From the human T2T-CHM13v2.0 reference genome, Homo sapiens, in assembly GCF_009914755.1 (NCBI RefSeq), contig NC_060937.1: a stretch of 64,000 nucleotides of DNA. One strand, written 5' to 3'. The notes below the pieces were generated by a model. It made no database searches. It was not told the origin of the DNA and saw only the letters and a list, made by a program, of their open reading frames with translations. The translations under genes and the position numbers were made by a program. This document shows positions 1-13,500 of this stretch, piece by piece. Within the stretch, counting starts at the first letter, position 1. The number at the start of each line of letters is the position of its first letter.

Positions 1-3000
1 GTACATCAAATATAGATTATATACTGTACATAAAATATCAAAGTACCCAAATATATATCATATACTGTACATGAAATATCAAAGTTCACAAACTATATAT
101 TATATACTGTACATAAAATATCAAAGTACCCAAACTATACATTATATACTGTACATAAAATATGAAATTACATCAAATATATATTATATTAGGTATGTAA
201 AATATGAAAGTACATCAAATATAGATTATATACTGTACATAAAATACCAAAGTACCCCAAATATATATTTTATACTGTACATGAAATATCAAAGTTCTCA
301 AACTATATATTATATACTGCACATAAAATATCAAAGTACCCAAGATATATATTCCATACTGTACAAAAAATATCAAAGTCCCCAAAGCATATATTATATG
401 CTGTACATAAAATATGAAAGTACATCAAATATATATTTTATTCTGTACATAAAATATCAAAGTACACCAAATATATATTCTATACTGTACATAAAATATC
501 AAGGTAACCAAACTATACATTATATACTGTACATAAAATATGAAATTACATCAAATATATATTATATTAGGTACATAAAATATGAAAGTACATCAAATAT
601 AGATTATATACTGTACATAAAATATCAAAGTACCCAAATATATATCATATACTGTACATGAAATATCAAAGTTCACAAACTATATATTATATACTGTACA
701 TAAAATATCAAAGTACCCAAACTATACATTATATACTGTACATAAAATATGAAATTACATCAAATATATATTTTATTAGGTATGTAAAATATGAAAGTAC
801 ATCAAATATAGATTATATACTGTACATAAAATACCAAAGTACCCCAAATATATATTTTATACTGTACATGAAATATCAAAGTTCTCAAACTATATATTAT
901 ATAGTGCACATAAAATATCAAAGTACCCAAGGTATATATTCCATACTGTACAAAAATTATCAAAGTACCCAAAGCATATATTATATGCTGTACATAAAAT
1001 ATGAAAGTACATCAAATATATATTTTATTCTGTACATAAAATATCAAAGTACACCAAATATATATTCTATACAGTACATAAAATATCAAGGTACCCAAAC
1101 TATACATTATATACTGTACATAAGATATGAAATTACATCAAATATATATTATATTAGGTACATAAAATATGAAAGTACATCAAATATAGATTATATACTG
1201 TACATAAAATATCAAAGTACCCAAATATATATCATATACTGTACATGAAATATCAAAGTTCACAAACTATATATTATATACTGTACATAAAATATCAAAG
1301 TACCCAAACTATACATTATATACTGTACATAAAATATGAAATTACATCAAATATATATTATATTAGGTATGTAAAATATGAAAGTACATCAAATATAGAT
1401 TATATACTGAACATAAAATACCAAAGTACCCCAAATATATATTTTATACTGTACATGAAATATCAAAGTTCTCAAACTATATATTATATACTGCACATAA
1501 AATATCAAAGTACCCAAGGTATATATTCCATACTGTACAAAAAATATCAAAGTACCCAAAGCATATATTATATGCTGTACATAAAATATGAAAATACATC
1601 AAATATATATTTTATTCTGTACATAAAATATCAAAGTACACCAAATATATATTCTATACTGTACATAAAATATCAACGTACCCAAACTATACATTATATA
1701 CTGTACATAAAATATGAAATTACATAAAATATATATTATATTAGGTACATAAAATATGAAAGTACATCAAATATAGATTATATACTGTACATAAAATATC
1801 AAAGTACCCAAATATATATCATATACTGTACATGAAATATCAAAGTTCACAAACTATATATTATATACTGTACATAAAATATCAAAGTACCCAAACTATA
1901 CATTATATACTGTACATAAAAGATGAAATTACATCAAATATATATTATATTAGGTATGTAAAATATGAGAGTACATCAAATATAGATTATATACTGTACA
2001 TAAAATACCAAAGTACCCCAAATATATATTTTATACTGTACATGAAATATCAAAGTTCTCAAACTATATATTATATACTGCACATAAAATATCAAAGTAC
2101 CCACGGTATATATTCCATACTGTACAAAAAATATCAAAGTACCCAAAGCATATATTATATGCTGTACATAAAATATGAAAGTACATCAAATATATATTTT
2201 ATTCTGTACATAAAATATCAAAGTACACCAAATATATATTCTATACTGTACATAAAATATCAAGGTACCCAAACTATACATTATATACTGTACATAAAAT
2301 ATGAAATTACATCAAATATATATTATATTAGGTACATAAAATATGAAAGTACATCAAATATAGATTATATACTGTACATAAAATATCAAAGTACCCAAAT
2401 ATATATCATATACTGTACATGAAATATCAAAGTTCACAAACTATATATTATATACTGTACATAAAATATCAAAGTACCCAAACTATACATTATATACTGT
2501 ACATAAAATATGAAATTACATCAAATATATATTTTATTAGGTATGTAAAATATGAAAGTACATCAAATATAGATTATATACTGTACATAAAATACCAAAG
2601 TACCCCAAATATATATTTTATACTGTACATGAAATATCAAAGTTCTCAAACTATATATTATATACTGCACATAAAATTTCAAAGTACCCAAGGTATATAT
2701 TCCATACTGTACAAAAAATATCAAAGTACCCAAAGCATATATTATATGCTGTACATAAAATATGAAAGTACATCAAATACATATTTCATTCTGTACATAA
2801 AATATCAAAGTACACCAAATATATATTCTATAGTGTACATTAAATATCAAAGTACCCAAACTATACATTATATACTGTACATAAAATATGAAATTACATC
2901 AAATATATATTATATTAGGTACATAAAATATGAAAGTACATCAAATATAGATTATATACTGTACATAAAATATCAAAGTACCCAAATATATATCATATAC

Positions 3001-3005
3001 TGTAC
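1..3005 (+). repeat. 587-bp 14-mer higher-order repeat (HOR) block, 5 full units
   Basis: Unit starts at 71, 658, 1245, 1832, 2419, 3006 (spacing 587 = 14x42-1). Confidence 0.95.
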
Positions 3006-5230
3006 ATGAATTATCAAAGTTCACAAACTATATATTATATACTGTACACAAAATATCAAAGTATCCAAGGTATATATTCTATACTGTACAAAAAATATCA
3101 AAGTACCCAAATCATGTATTATATACTGTACATAAAATATGAAAGTAAATCAAATATATATTTTATTCTGTACATAAAATATCAAAGTACACCAGATATA
3201 TATTTTATTGTGTACATAAAATATCAAAGTACCCAAACTATACATTATATACTGTACGTAAAATATGAAATTACATCAAATATATATTATATTAGGTACA
3301 TAAAATATGAAAGTACATCAAATATAGATTATATACTGTATATAAAATATCAAAGTACCCCAAATATATATTATATACTGTACATGAAATATCAAAGAAC
3401 CCAAGGTATATATTCTATACTGTAGAAAAAATATCAAAGTACCAAAAGCATGTATTATATACTGTACATAAAATATGAAAGTACATCAAATATATATTTT
3501 ATTATGTACATAAAATATCAAAGTACACCAGATATGTATTTTATAGTGTACATAAAATATCAAAGTACCCAAAGTATACATCATATACTGTACATAAAAT
3601 ATGAAATTACATCAAATATATATTATATTTGGTACGTAAAATATGAAATTACATCAAATATAGATTATATACTGTACATAAAATATCAAAGTACCCCAAA
3701 TATATATTATATACTGTACATGAAATATCAAAGTTCACAAACTATATATTATATTCTGTACATAAAATATCAAAGTACCCAATGTATATATTCTATACTG
3801 TACAAAAAATATCAAAGTACCCAAAGCATGTATTATATACTGTACAAAAAATATGAAAGTACATCAAATATATATTTTATTCTGAACATAAAATATCAAA
3901 GTACAACAGATATATATTTTATAGTGTACATAAAATATCAAAGTACTCAAACTATACATTACATACTGTACATAAAATATGAAATTACATCAAATATATA
4001 TTATATTAGGTACATAAAATATGAAAGTACATCAAATATAGATTATATACTGTACATAAAATATCAAAGTACCCCAAATATATATTATATACTCTACATG
4101 AAATATCAAACTTCAGAATCTATATATTATATACTGTAGAGAAAATATTAAAGTACCCAACGTATATATTCTATACTGTACAAAAAATATCAAAGTATGC
4201 AAAGCATGTATTATATACTGTACATAAAATATGAAAGTACATCAAATATATATTTTATTCTGTACATAAAATATCAAAGTACACCAGATATATATTTTAT
4301 CGTGTACATAAAATATCAAAGTACCCAAACTATACATTATATACTGTACATAAAATATGAAATTACATCAAATATATATTATATTAGGTACATAAAATAT
4401 GAAAGTAGATCAAATATAGATTATTAACTGTACATAAAATATCAAAGAACCCCAAATATATATTATATACTGTACATGAAATATCAAACTTCACAAACAA
4501 TATATTATATACTGTACATAAAATATCAAAGTACCCAAGTTATATATTCTATACTGTACAAAAAATATCGAAGTACCCAAAGCATGTATTATATACTGTA
4601 CATAAAATATGAAAGTACATCAAATATATATTTTATTCTGTACATATAATATCAAAGTACACCAGTTATATATTTTATAGTGTACATAAAATATCAAAGT
4701 ACCCAAACTATACATTATATACTCCACATAAAATATGAAATTACATCAAATATATATTATATTAGGTACATAAAATATGAAAGTACATCAAATATAGATT
4801 ATATACTGTACATAAAATATAAAAGAACCCCAAATATATATTATATACTGTACTTGAAATATCAAACTTCACAAACTATATATTAAATACTGTACATAAA
4901 ATATCAAAGTACCCAAGGTATATATTCTATACTGTACAAAAAATATCAAAGTACACAACGCATGTATTATATACTGTACATAAAATTTGAAAGTACATCA
5001 AATATATATTTTATTCTGTACATAAAATATCAAAGTACACCAAATATATATTCTATACTGTACATAAAATATCAAGGTACCCAACCTATACATTATATAC
5101 TGTACATAAAATATGAAATTACATCAAATATATATTATATTAGGTACATAAAATATGAAAGTACATCAAATATAGATTATATACTGTACATAAAATATCA
5201 AAGTACCCAAATATATATCATATACTGTAC
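3006..5230 (+). repeat. Diverged 378-bp 9-mer block (53 monomers, includes one 8-mer)
   Basis: Unit starts at 3006, 3384, 3720, 4098, 4476, 4854, 5231 (378, 336, 378, 378, 378, 377 bp). Private variants CCAGAT in monomer E and AACTTCA in monomer A. Confidence 0.9.
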
Positions 5231-7746
5231 ATGTAATATCAAGTTACCCAAACTATACATTACATACTGTACATAAAATATGAAATTACATCAAATATAT
5301 ATTATATTAGGTACATAAAATATGAAATTACATCAAATATATATTAAATTAGGTATGTAAAATATGAAAGTACATCAAATATAGATTATATACTGTACAT
5401 AAAATACCAAAGTACCACAAATATATATTTTGTACTGTACATGAAATATCAAAGTTCTCAAACTCTATATTATATACTGCACATAAAATATCAAAGTACC
5501 CAAGGTATATATTCCATACTGTACATAAAATGTCAAAGTACCCAAAGCACATATTATATGCTGTACATAAAATATGAAAGTACATCAAATATATATTTTA
5601 TTCTCTACATAAAATATCAAAGTACACCAAATATATATTCTATACTGTACATAAAATATCAAGGTACCCAAACTATACATTATATACTGTACATAAAATA
5701 TGAAATTACATCAAATATATATTATATTAGGTACATAAAATATGAAAGTACATCAAATATAGATTCTATACTGTACATAAAATATCAAAGTACCCAAATA
5801 TATATCATATACTGTACATGAAATATCAAAGTTCACAAACTATACGTTATATACTGTACATGAAATATGAAATTACATCAAATATATATTTTATTAGGTA
5901 TGTAAAATATGAAAGTACATCAAATATAGATTATATACTGTACATAAAATACCAAAGTACCCCAAATATATATTTTATACTGTACATGAAATATCAAGGT
6001 ACCCAAACTATACATTATATACTGTACATAAAATATGAAATTACATCAAATTTAGATTATATTAGGTACATAAAATATGAAATTGCATCAAATATATATT
6101 ATATTATGTATGTAAAATATGAAAGTACATCAAATATAGATTATATACTATACATAAAATACCAAAGTACCCCAAATATATATTTTATACTGTACATGAA
6201 ATATCAAAGTACTCAAACTATATATTATATACTGCACATAAAATATCAAAGTACCCAAGGTATATATTCCATACTGTACAAAAAATATCAAAGTACCCAA
6301 AGCATATATTATATGCTGTACATAAAATATGAAAGTACATGAAATATATATTTTATTCTCTACATAAAATATCAAAGTACACCAAATATATATTCTATAC
6401 TGTAAATAAAATATCAAGGTACCCAAACTATACATTATATACTGTACATAAAATATGAAATTACATAAAATATATATTATATTAGGTACATAAAATATGA
6501 AAGTACATCAAATATAGATTATATACTGTACATAAAATATCAAAGTACCCAAATATATATCATATACTGTACATGAAATATCAAAGTTCACAAACTATAT
6601 ATTATATACTGTACATAAAATATCAAAGTACCCAAACTATACATTATATACTGTACATAAAAGATGAAATTACATCAAATATATATTATATTAGGTATGT
6701 AAAATATGAGAGTACATCAAATATAGATTATATACTGTACATAAAATACCAAAGTACCCCAAATATATATTTTATACTGTACATGAAATATCAAAGTTCT
6801 CAAACTATATATTATATACTGCACATAAAATATCAAAGTACCCACGGTATATATTCCATACTGTACAAAAAATATCAAAGTACCCAAAGCATATATTATA
6901 TGCTGTACATAAAATATGAAAGTACATCAAATATATATTTTATTCTGTACATAAAATATCAAAGTACACCAAATATATATTCTATACTGTACATAAAATA
7001 TCAAGGTACCCAAACTATACATTATATACTGTACATAAAATATGAAATTACATCAAATATATATTATATTAGGTACATAAAATATGAAAGTACATCAAAT
7101 ATAGATTATATACTGTACATAAAATATCAAAGTACCCAAATATATATCATATACTGTACATGAAATATCAAAGTTCACAAACTATATATTATATACTGTA
7201 CATAAAATATCAAAGTACCCAAACTATACATTATATACTGTACATAAAATATGAAATTACATCAAATATATATTTTATTAGGTATGTAAAATATGAAAGT
7301 ACATCAAATATAGATTATATACTGTACATAAAATACCAAAGTACCCCAAATATATATTTTATACTGTACATGAAATATCAAAGTTCTCAAACTATATATT
7401 ATATACTGCACATAAAATTTCAAAGTACCCAAGGTATATATTCCATACTGTACAAAAAATATCAAAGTACCCAAAGCATATATTATATGCTGTACATAAA
7501 ATATGAAAGTACATCAAATACATATTTCATTCTGTACATAAAATATCAAAGTACACCAAATATATATTCTATAGTGTACATTAAATATCAAAGTACCCAA
7601 ACTATACATTATATACTGTACATAAAATATGAAATTACATCAAATATATATTATATTAGGTACATAAAATATGAAAGTACATCAAATATAGATTATATAC
7701 TGTACATAAAATATCAAAGTACCCAAATATATATCATATACTGTAC

Positions 7747-9971
7747 ATGAATTATCAAAGTTCACAAACTATATATTATATACTGTACACAAAATATCAA
7801 AGTATCCAAGGTATATATTCTATACTGTACAAAAAATATCAAAGTACCCAAATCATGTATTATATACTGTACATAAAATATGAAAGTAAATCAAATATAT
7901 ATTTTATTCTGTACATAAAATATCAAAGTACACCAGATATATATTTTATTGTGTACATAAAATATCAAAGTACCCAAACTATACATTATATACTGTACGT
8001 AAAATATGAAATTACATCAAATATATATTATATTAGGTACATAAAATATGAAAGTACATCAAATATAGATTATATACTGTATATAAAATATCAAAGTACC
8101 CCAAATATATATTATATACTGTACATGAAATATCAAAGAACCCAAGGTATATATTCTATACTGTAGAAAAAATATCAAAGTACCAAAAGCATGTATTATA
8201 TACTGTACATAAAATATGAAAGTACATCAAATATATATTTTATTATGTACATAAAATATCAAAGTACACCAGATATGTATTTTATAGTGTACATAAAATA
8301 TCAAAGTACCCAAAGTATACATCATATACTGTACATAAAATATGAAATTACATCAAATATATATTATATTTGGTACGTAAAATATGAAATTACATCAAAT
8401 ATAGATTATATACTGTACATAAAATATCAAAGTACCCCAAATATATATTATATACTGTACATGAAATATCAAAGTTCACAAACTATATATTATATTCTGT
8501 ACATAAAATATCAAAGTACCCAATGTATATATTCTATACTGTACAAAAAATATCAAAGTACCCAAAGCATGTATTATATACTGTACAAAAAATATGAAAG
8601 TACATCAAATATATATTTTATTCTGAACATAAAATATCAAAGTACAACAGATATATATTTTATAGTGTACATAAAATATCAAAGTACTCAAACTATACAT
8701 TACATACTGTACATAAAATATGAAATTACATCAAATATATATTATATTAGGTACATAAAATATGAAAGTACATCAAATATAGATTATATACTGTACATAA
8801 AATATCAAAGTACCCCAAATATATATTATATACTCTACATGAAATATCAAACTTCAGAATCTATATATTATATACTGTAGAGAAAATATTAAAGTACCCA
8901 ACGTATATATTCTATACTGTACAAAAAATATCAAAGTATGCAAAGCATGTATTATATACTGTACATAAAATATGAAAGTACATCAAATATATATTTTATT
9001 CTGTACATAAAATATCAAAGTACACCAGATATATATTTTATCGTGTACATAAAATATCAAAGTACCCAAACTATACATTATATACTGTACATAAAATATG
9101 AAATTACATCAAATATATATTATATTAGGTACATAAAATATGAAAGTAGATCAAATATAGATTATTAACTGTACATAAAATATCAAAGAACCCCAAATAT
9201 ATATTATATACTGTACATGAAATATCAAACTTCACAAACAATATATTATATACTGTACATAAAATATCAAAGTACCCAAGTTATATATTCTATACTGTAC
9301 AAAAAATATCGAAGTACCCAAAGCATGTATTATATACTGTACATAAAATATGAAAGTACATCAAATATATATTTTATTCTGTACATATAATATCAAAGTA
9401 CACCAGTTATATATTTTATAGTGTACATAAAATATCAAAGTACCCAAACTATACATTATATACTCCACATAAAATATGAAATTACATCAAATATATATTA
9501 TATTAGGTACATAAAATATGAAAGTACATCAAATATAGATTATATACTGTACATAAAATATAAAAGAACCCCAAATATATATTATATACTGTACTTGAAA
9601 TATCAAACTTCACAAACTATATATTAAATACTGTACATAAAATATCAAAGTACCCAAGGTATATATTCTATACTGTACAAAAAATATCAAAGTACACAAC
9701 GCATGTATTATATACTGTACATAAAATTTGAAAGTACATCAAATATATATTTTATTCTGTACATAAAATATCAAAGTACACCAAATATATATTCTATACT
9801 GTACATAAAATATCAAGGTACCCAACCTATACATTATATACTGTACATAAAATATGAAATTACATCAAATATATATTATATTAGGTACATAAAATATGAA
9901 AGTACATCAAATATAGATTATATACTGTACATAAAATATCAAAGTACCCAAATATATATCATATACTGTAC
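7747..9971 (+). repeat. Second copy of the diverged 9-mer block
   Basis: Same rare variants as 3006-5230 at +4741 (e.g. CAAAGTATGCAAAGC at ~4191 and ~8932). Confidence 0.92.
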
Positions 9972-10558
9972 ATGTAATATCAAGTTACCCAAACTATACA
10001 TTACATACTGTACATAAAATATGAAATTACATCAAATATATATTATATTAGGTACATAAAATATGAAATTACATCAAATATATATTAAATTAGGTATGTA
10101 AAATATGAAAGTACATCAAATATAGATTATATACTGTACATAAAATACCAAAGTACCACAAATATATATTTTGTACTGTACATGAAATATCAAAGTTCTC
10201 AAACTCTATATTATATACTGCACATAAAATATCAAAGTACCCAAGGTATATATTCCATACTGTACATAAAATGTCAAAGTACCCAAAGCACATATTATAT
10301 GCTGTACATAAAATATGAAAGTACATCAAATATATATTTTATTCTCTACATAAAATATCAAAGTACACCAAATATATATTCTATACTGTACATAAAATAT
10401 CAAGGTACCCAAACTATACATTATATACTGTACATAAAATATGAAATTACATCAAATATATATTATATTAGGTACATAAAATATGAAAGTACATCAAATA
10501 TAGATTCTATACTGTACATAAAATATCAAAGTACCCAAATATATATCATATACTGTAC

Positions 10559-13500
10559 ATGAAATATCAAAGTTCACAAACTATACGTTATATACTGTAC
10601 ATGAAATATGAAATTACATCAAATATATATTTTATTAGGTATGTAAAATATGAAAGTACATCAAATATAGATTATATACTGTACATAAAATACCAAAGTA
10701 CCCCAAATATATATTTTATACTGTACATGAAATATCAAGGTACCCAAACTATACATTATATACTGTACATAAAATATGAAATTACATCAAATTTAGATTA
10801 TATTAGGTACATAAAATATGAAATTGCATCAAATATATATTATATTATGTATGTAAAATATGAAAGTACATCAAATATAGATTATATACTATACATAAAA
10901 TACCAAAGTACCCCAAATATATATTTTATACTGTACATGAAATATCAAAGTACTCAAACTATATATTATATACTGCACATAAAATATCAAAGTACCCAAG
11001 GTATATATTCCATACTGTACAAAAAATATCAAAGTACCCAAAGCATATATTATATGCTGTACATAAAATATGAAAGTACATGAAATATATATTTTATTCT
11101 CTACATAAAATATCAAAGTACACCAAATATATATTCTATACTGTAAATAAAATATCAAGGTACCCAAACTATACATTATATACTGTACATAAAATATGAA
11201 ATTACATCAAATATATATTATATTAGGTACATAAAATATGAAAGTACATCAAATATAGATTCAATACTGTACATAAAATATCAAAGTACCCAAATATATA
11301 TCATATACTGTACATGAAATATCAAAGTTCACAAACTATACGTTATATACTGTACATGAAATATGAAATTACATCAAATATATATTTCATTAGGTATGTA
11401 AAATATGAAAGTACATCAAATATAGATTATATACTGTACATAAAATACCAAAGTACCCCAAATATATATTTTATACTGTACATGAAATATCAAGGTACCC
11501 AAACTATACATTATATACTGTACATAAAATATGAAATTACATCTAATTTAGATTATATTAGGTACATAAAATATGAAATTACATCAAATATATATTATAT
11601 TAGGTATGTAAAATATGAAAGTACATCAAATATAGATTATATACTGTACATAAAGTACCAAAGTACCCCAAATATATATTTTATACTGTACATGAAATAT
11701 CAACGTTCTCAAACTATATATTATATACTGCACATAAAATATCAAAGTACCCAAACTATATATTCCATACTGTACAAAAAATATCAAAGTACCCAAAGCA
11801 TATATTATATGCTACACATAAAATATGAAAGTACATCAAATATATATTTTATTCTGCACATAAAATATCAAAGTACACCAAATATATATTCTATACTGTA
11901 CATAAAATATCAAGGTACCCAAACTATACATTATATACTGTACATAAAATATGAAATTACATCAAATATATATTATATTAGGTACATAAAAAATGAAAGT
12001 ACATCAAATATAGATTATATACTGTACATAAAATATCAAAGTACCCAAATATATATCATATACTGTACATGAAATATCAAAGTTCACAAACTATATATTA
12101 TATACTGTACATAAAATATCAAAGTACCCAAACTATACATTATATACTGTACATAAAATATGAAATTGCATCAAATATATATTATATTATGTATGTAAAA
12201 TATGAAAGTACATCAAATATAGATTATATACTGTACATAAAATACCAAAGTACCCCAAATATATATTTTATACTGTACATGAAATATCAAAGTACTCAAA
12301 CTATATATTATATACTGCACATAAAATATCAAAGTACCCAAGGTATATATTCCATACTGTACAAAAAATATCAAAGTACCCAAAGCATATATTATATGCT
12401 GTACATAAAATATGAAAGTACATGAAATATATATTTTATTCTCTACATAAAATATCAAAGTACACCAAATATATATTCTATACTGTACATAAAATATCAA
12501 GGTACCCAAACTATACATTATATACTGTACGTAAAATATGAAATTTCATCAAATATATATTATATTAGGTACATAAAATATGAAAGTACATCAAATATAG
12601 ATTCTATACTGTACATAAAATATCAAAGTACCCAAATATATATCATATACTGTACATGAAATATCAAAGTTCACAAACTATACGTTATATACTGTACATG
12701 AAATATGAAATTACATCAAATATATATTTTATTAGGTATGTAAAATATGAAAGTACATCAAATATAGATTATATACTGTACATAAAATACCAAAGTACCC
12801 CAAATATATATTTTATACTGTACATGAAATATCAAGGTACCCAAACTATACATTATATACTGTACATAAAATATGAAATTACATCAAATTTAGATTATAT
12901 TAGGTACATAAAATATGAAATTACTTCAAATATATATTATATTAGGTATGTAAAATATGAAAGTACATCAAATATAGATTATATACTGTACATAAAATAC
13001 CAAAGTACCCCAAATATATATTTTATACTGTACATGAAATATCAACGTTCTCAAACTATATATTATATACTGCACATAAAATATCAAAGTACCCAAACTA
13101 TATATTCCATACTGTACAAAAAATATCAAAGTACCCACAGCATATATTATATGCTACACATAAAATATGAAAGTACATCAAATATATATTTTATTCTGTA
13201 CATAAAATATCAAAGTACACCAAATATATATTCTATACTGTACATAAAATATCAAGGTACCCAAACTATACATTATATACTGTACATAAAATATGAAATT
13301 ACATCAAATATATATTATATTAGGTACATAAAAAATGAAAGTACATCAAATATAGATTATATACTGTACATAAAATATCAAAGTACCCAAATATATATCA
13401 TATACTGTACATGAAATATCAAAGTTCACAAACTATATATTATATACTGTACATAAAATATCAAAGTACCCAAACTATACATTATAAACTGTACATAAAA

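Larger units (their letters stand above)
1700..11180 (+). repeat. Tandem duplication, 2 x 4741 bp (breakpoints approximate)
   Basis: ORF pairs 1832/6573, 2419/7160, 3006/7747, 3450/8191, 4197/8938, 5818/10559 are all offset by 4741 with identical translations. The TCA>TAA variant at ~1726 recurs at ~6467 but not at ~11208. Confidence 0.95.
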
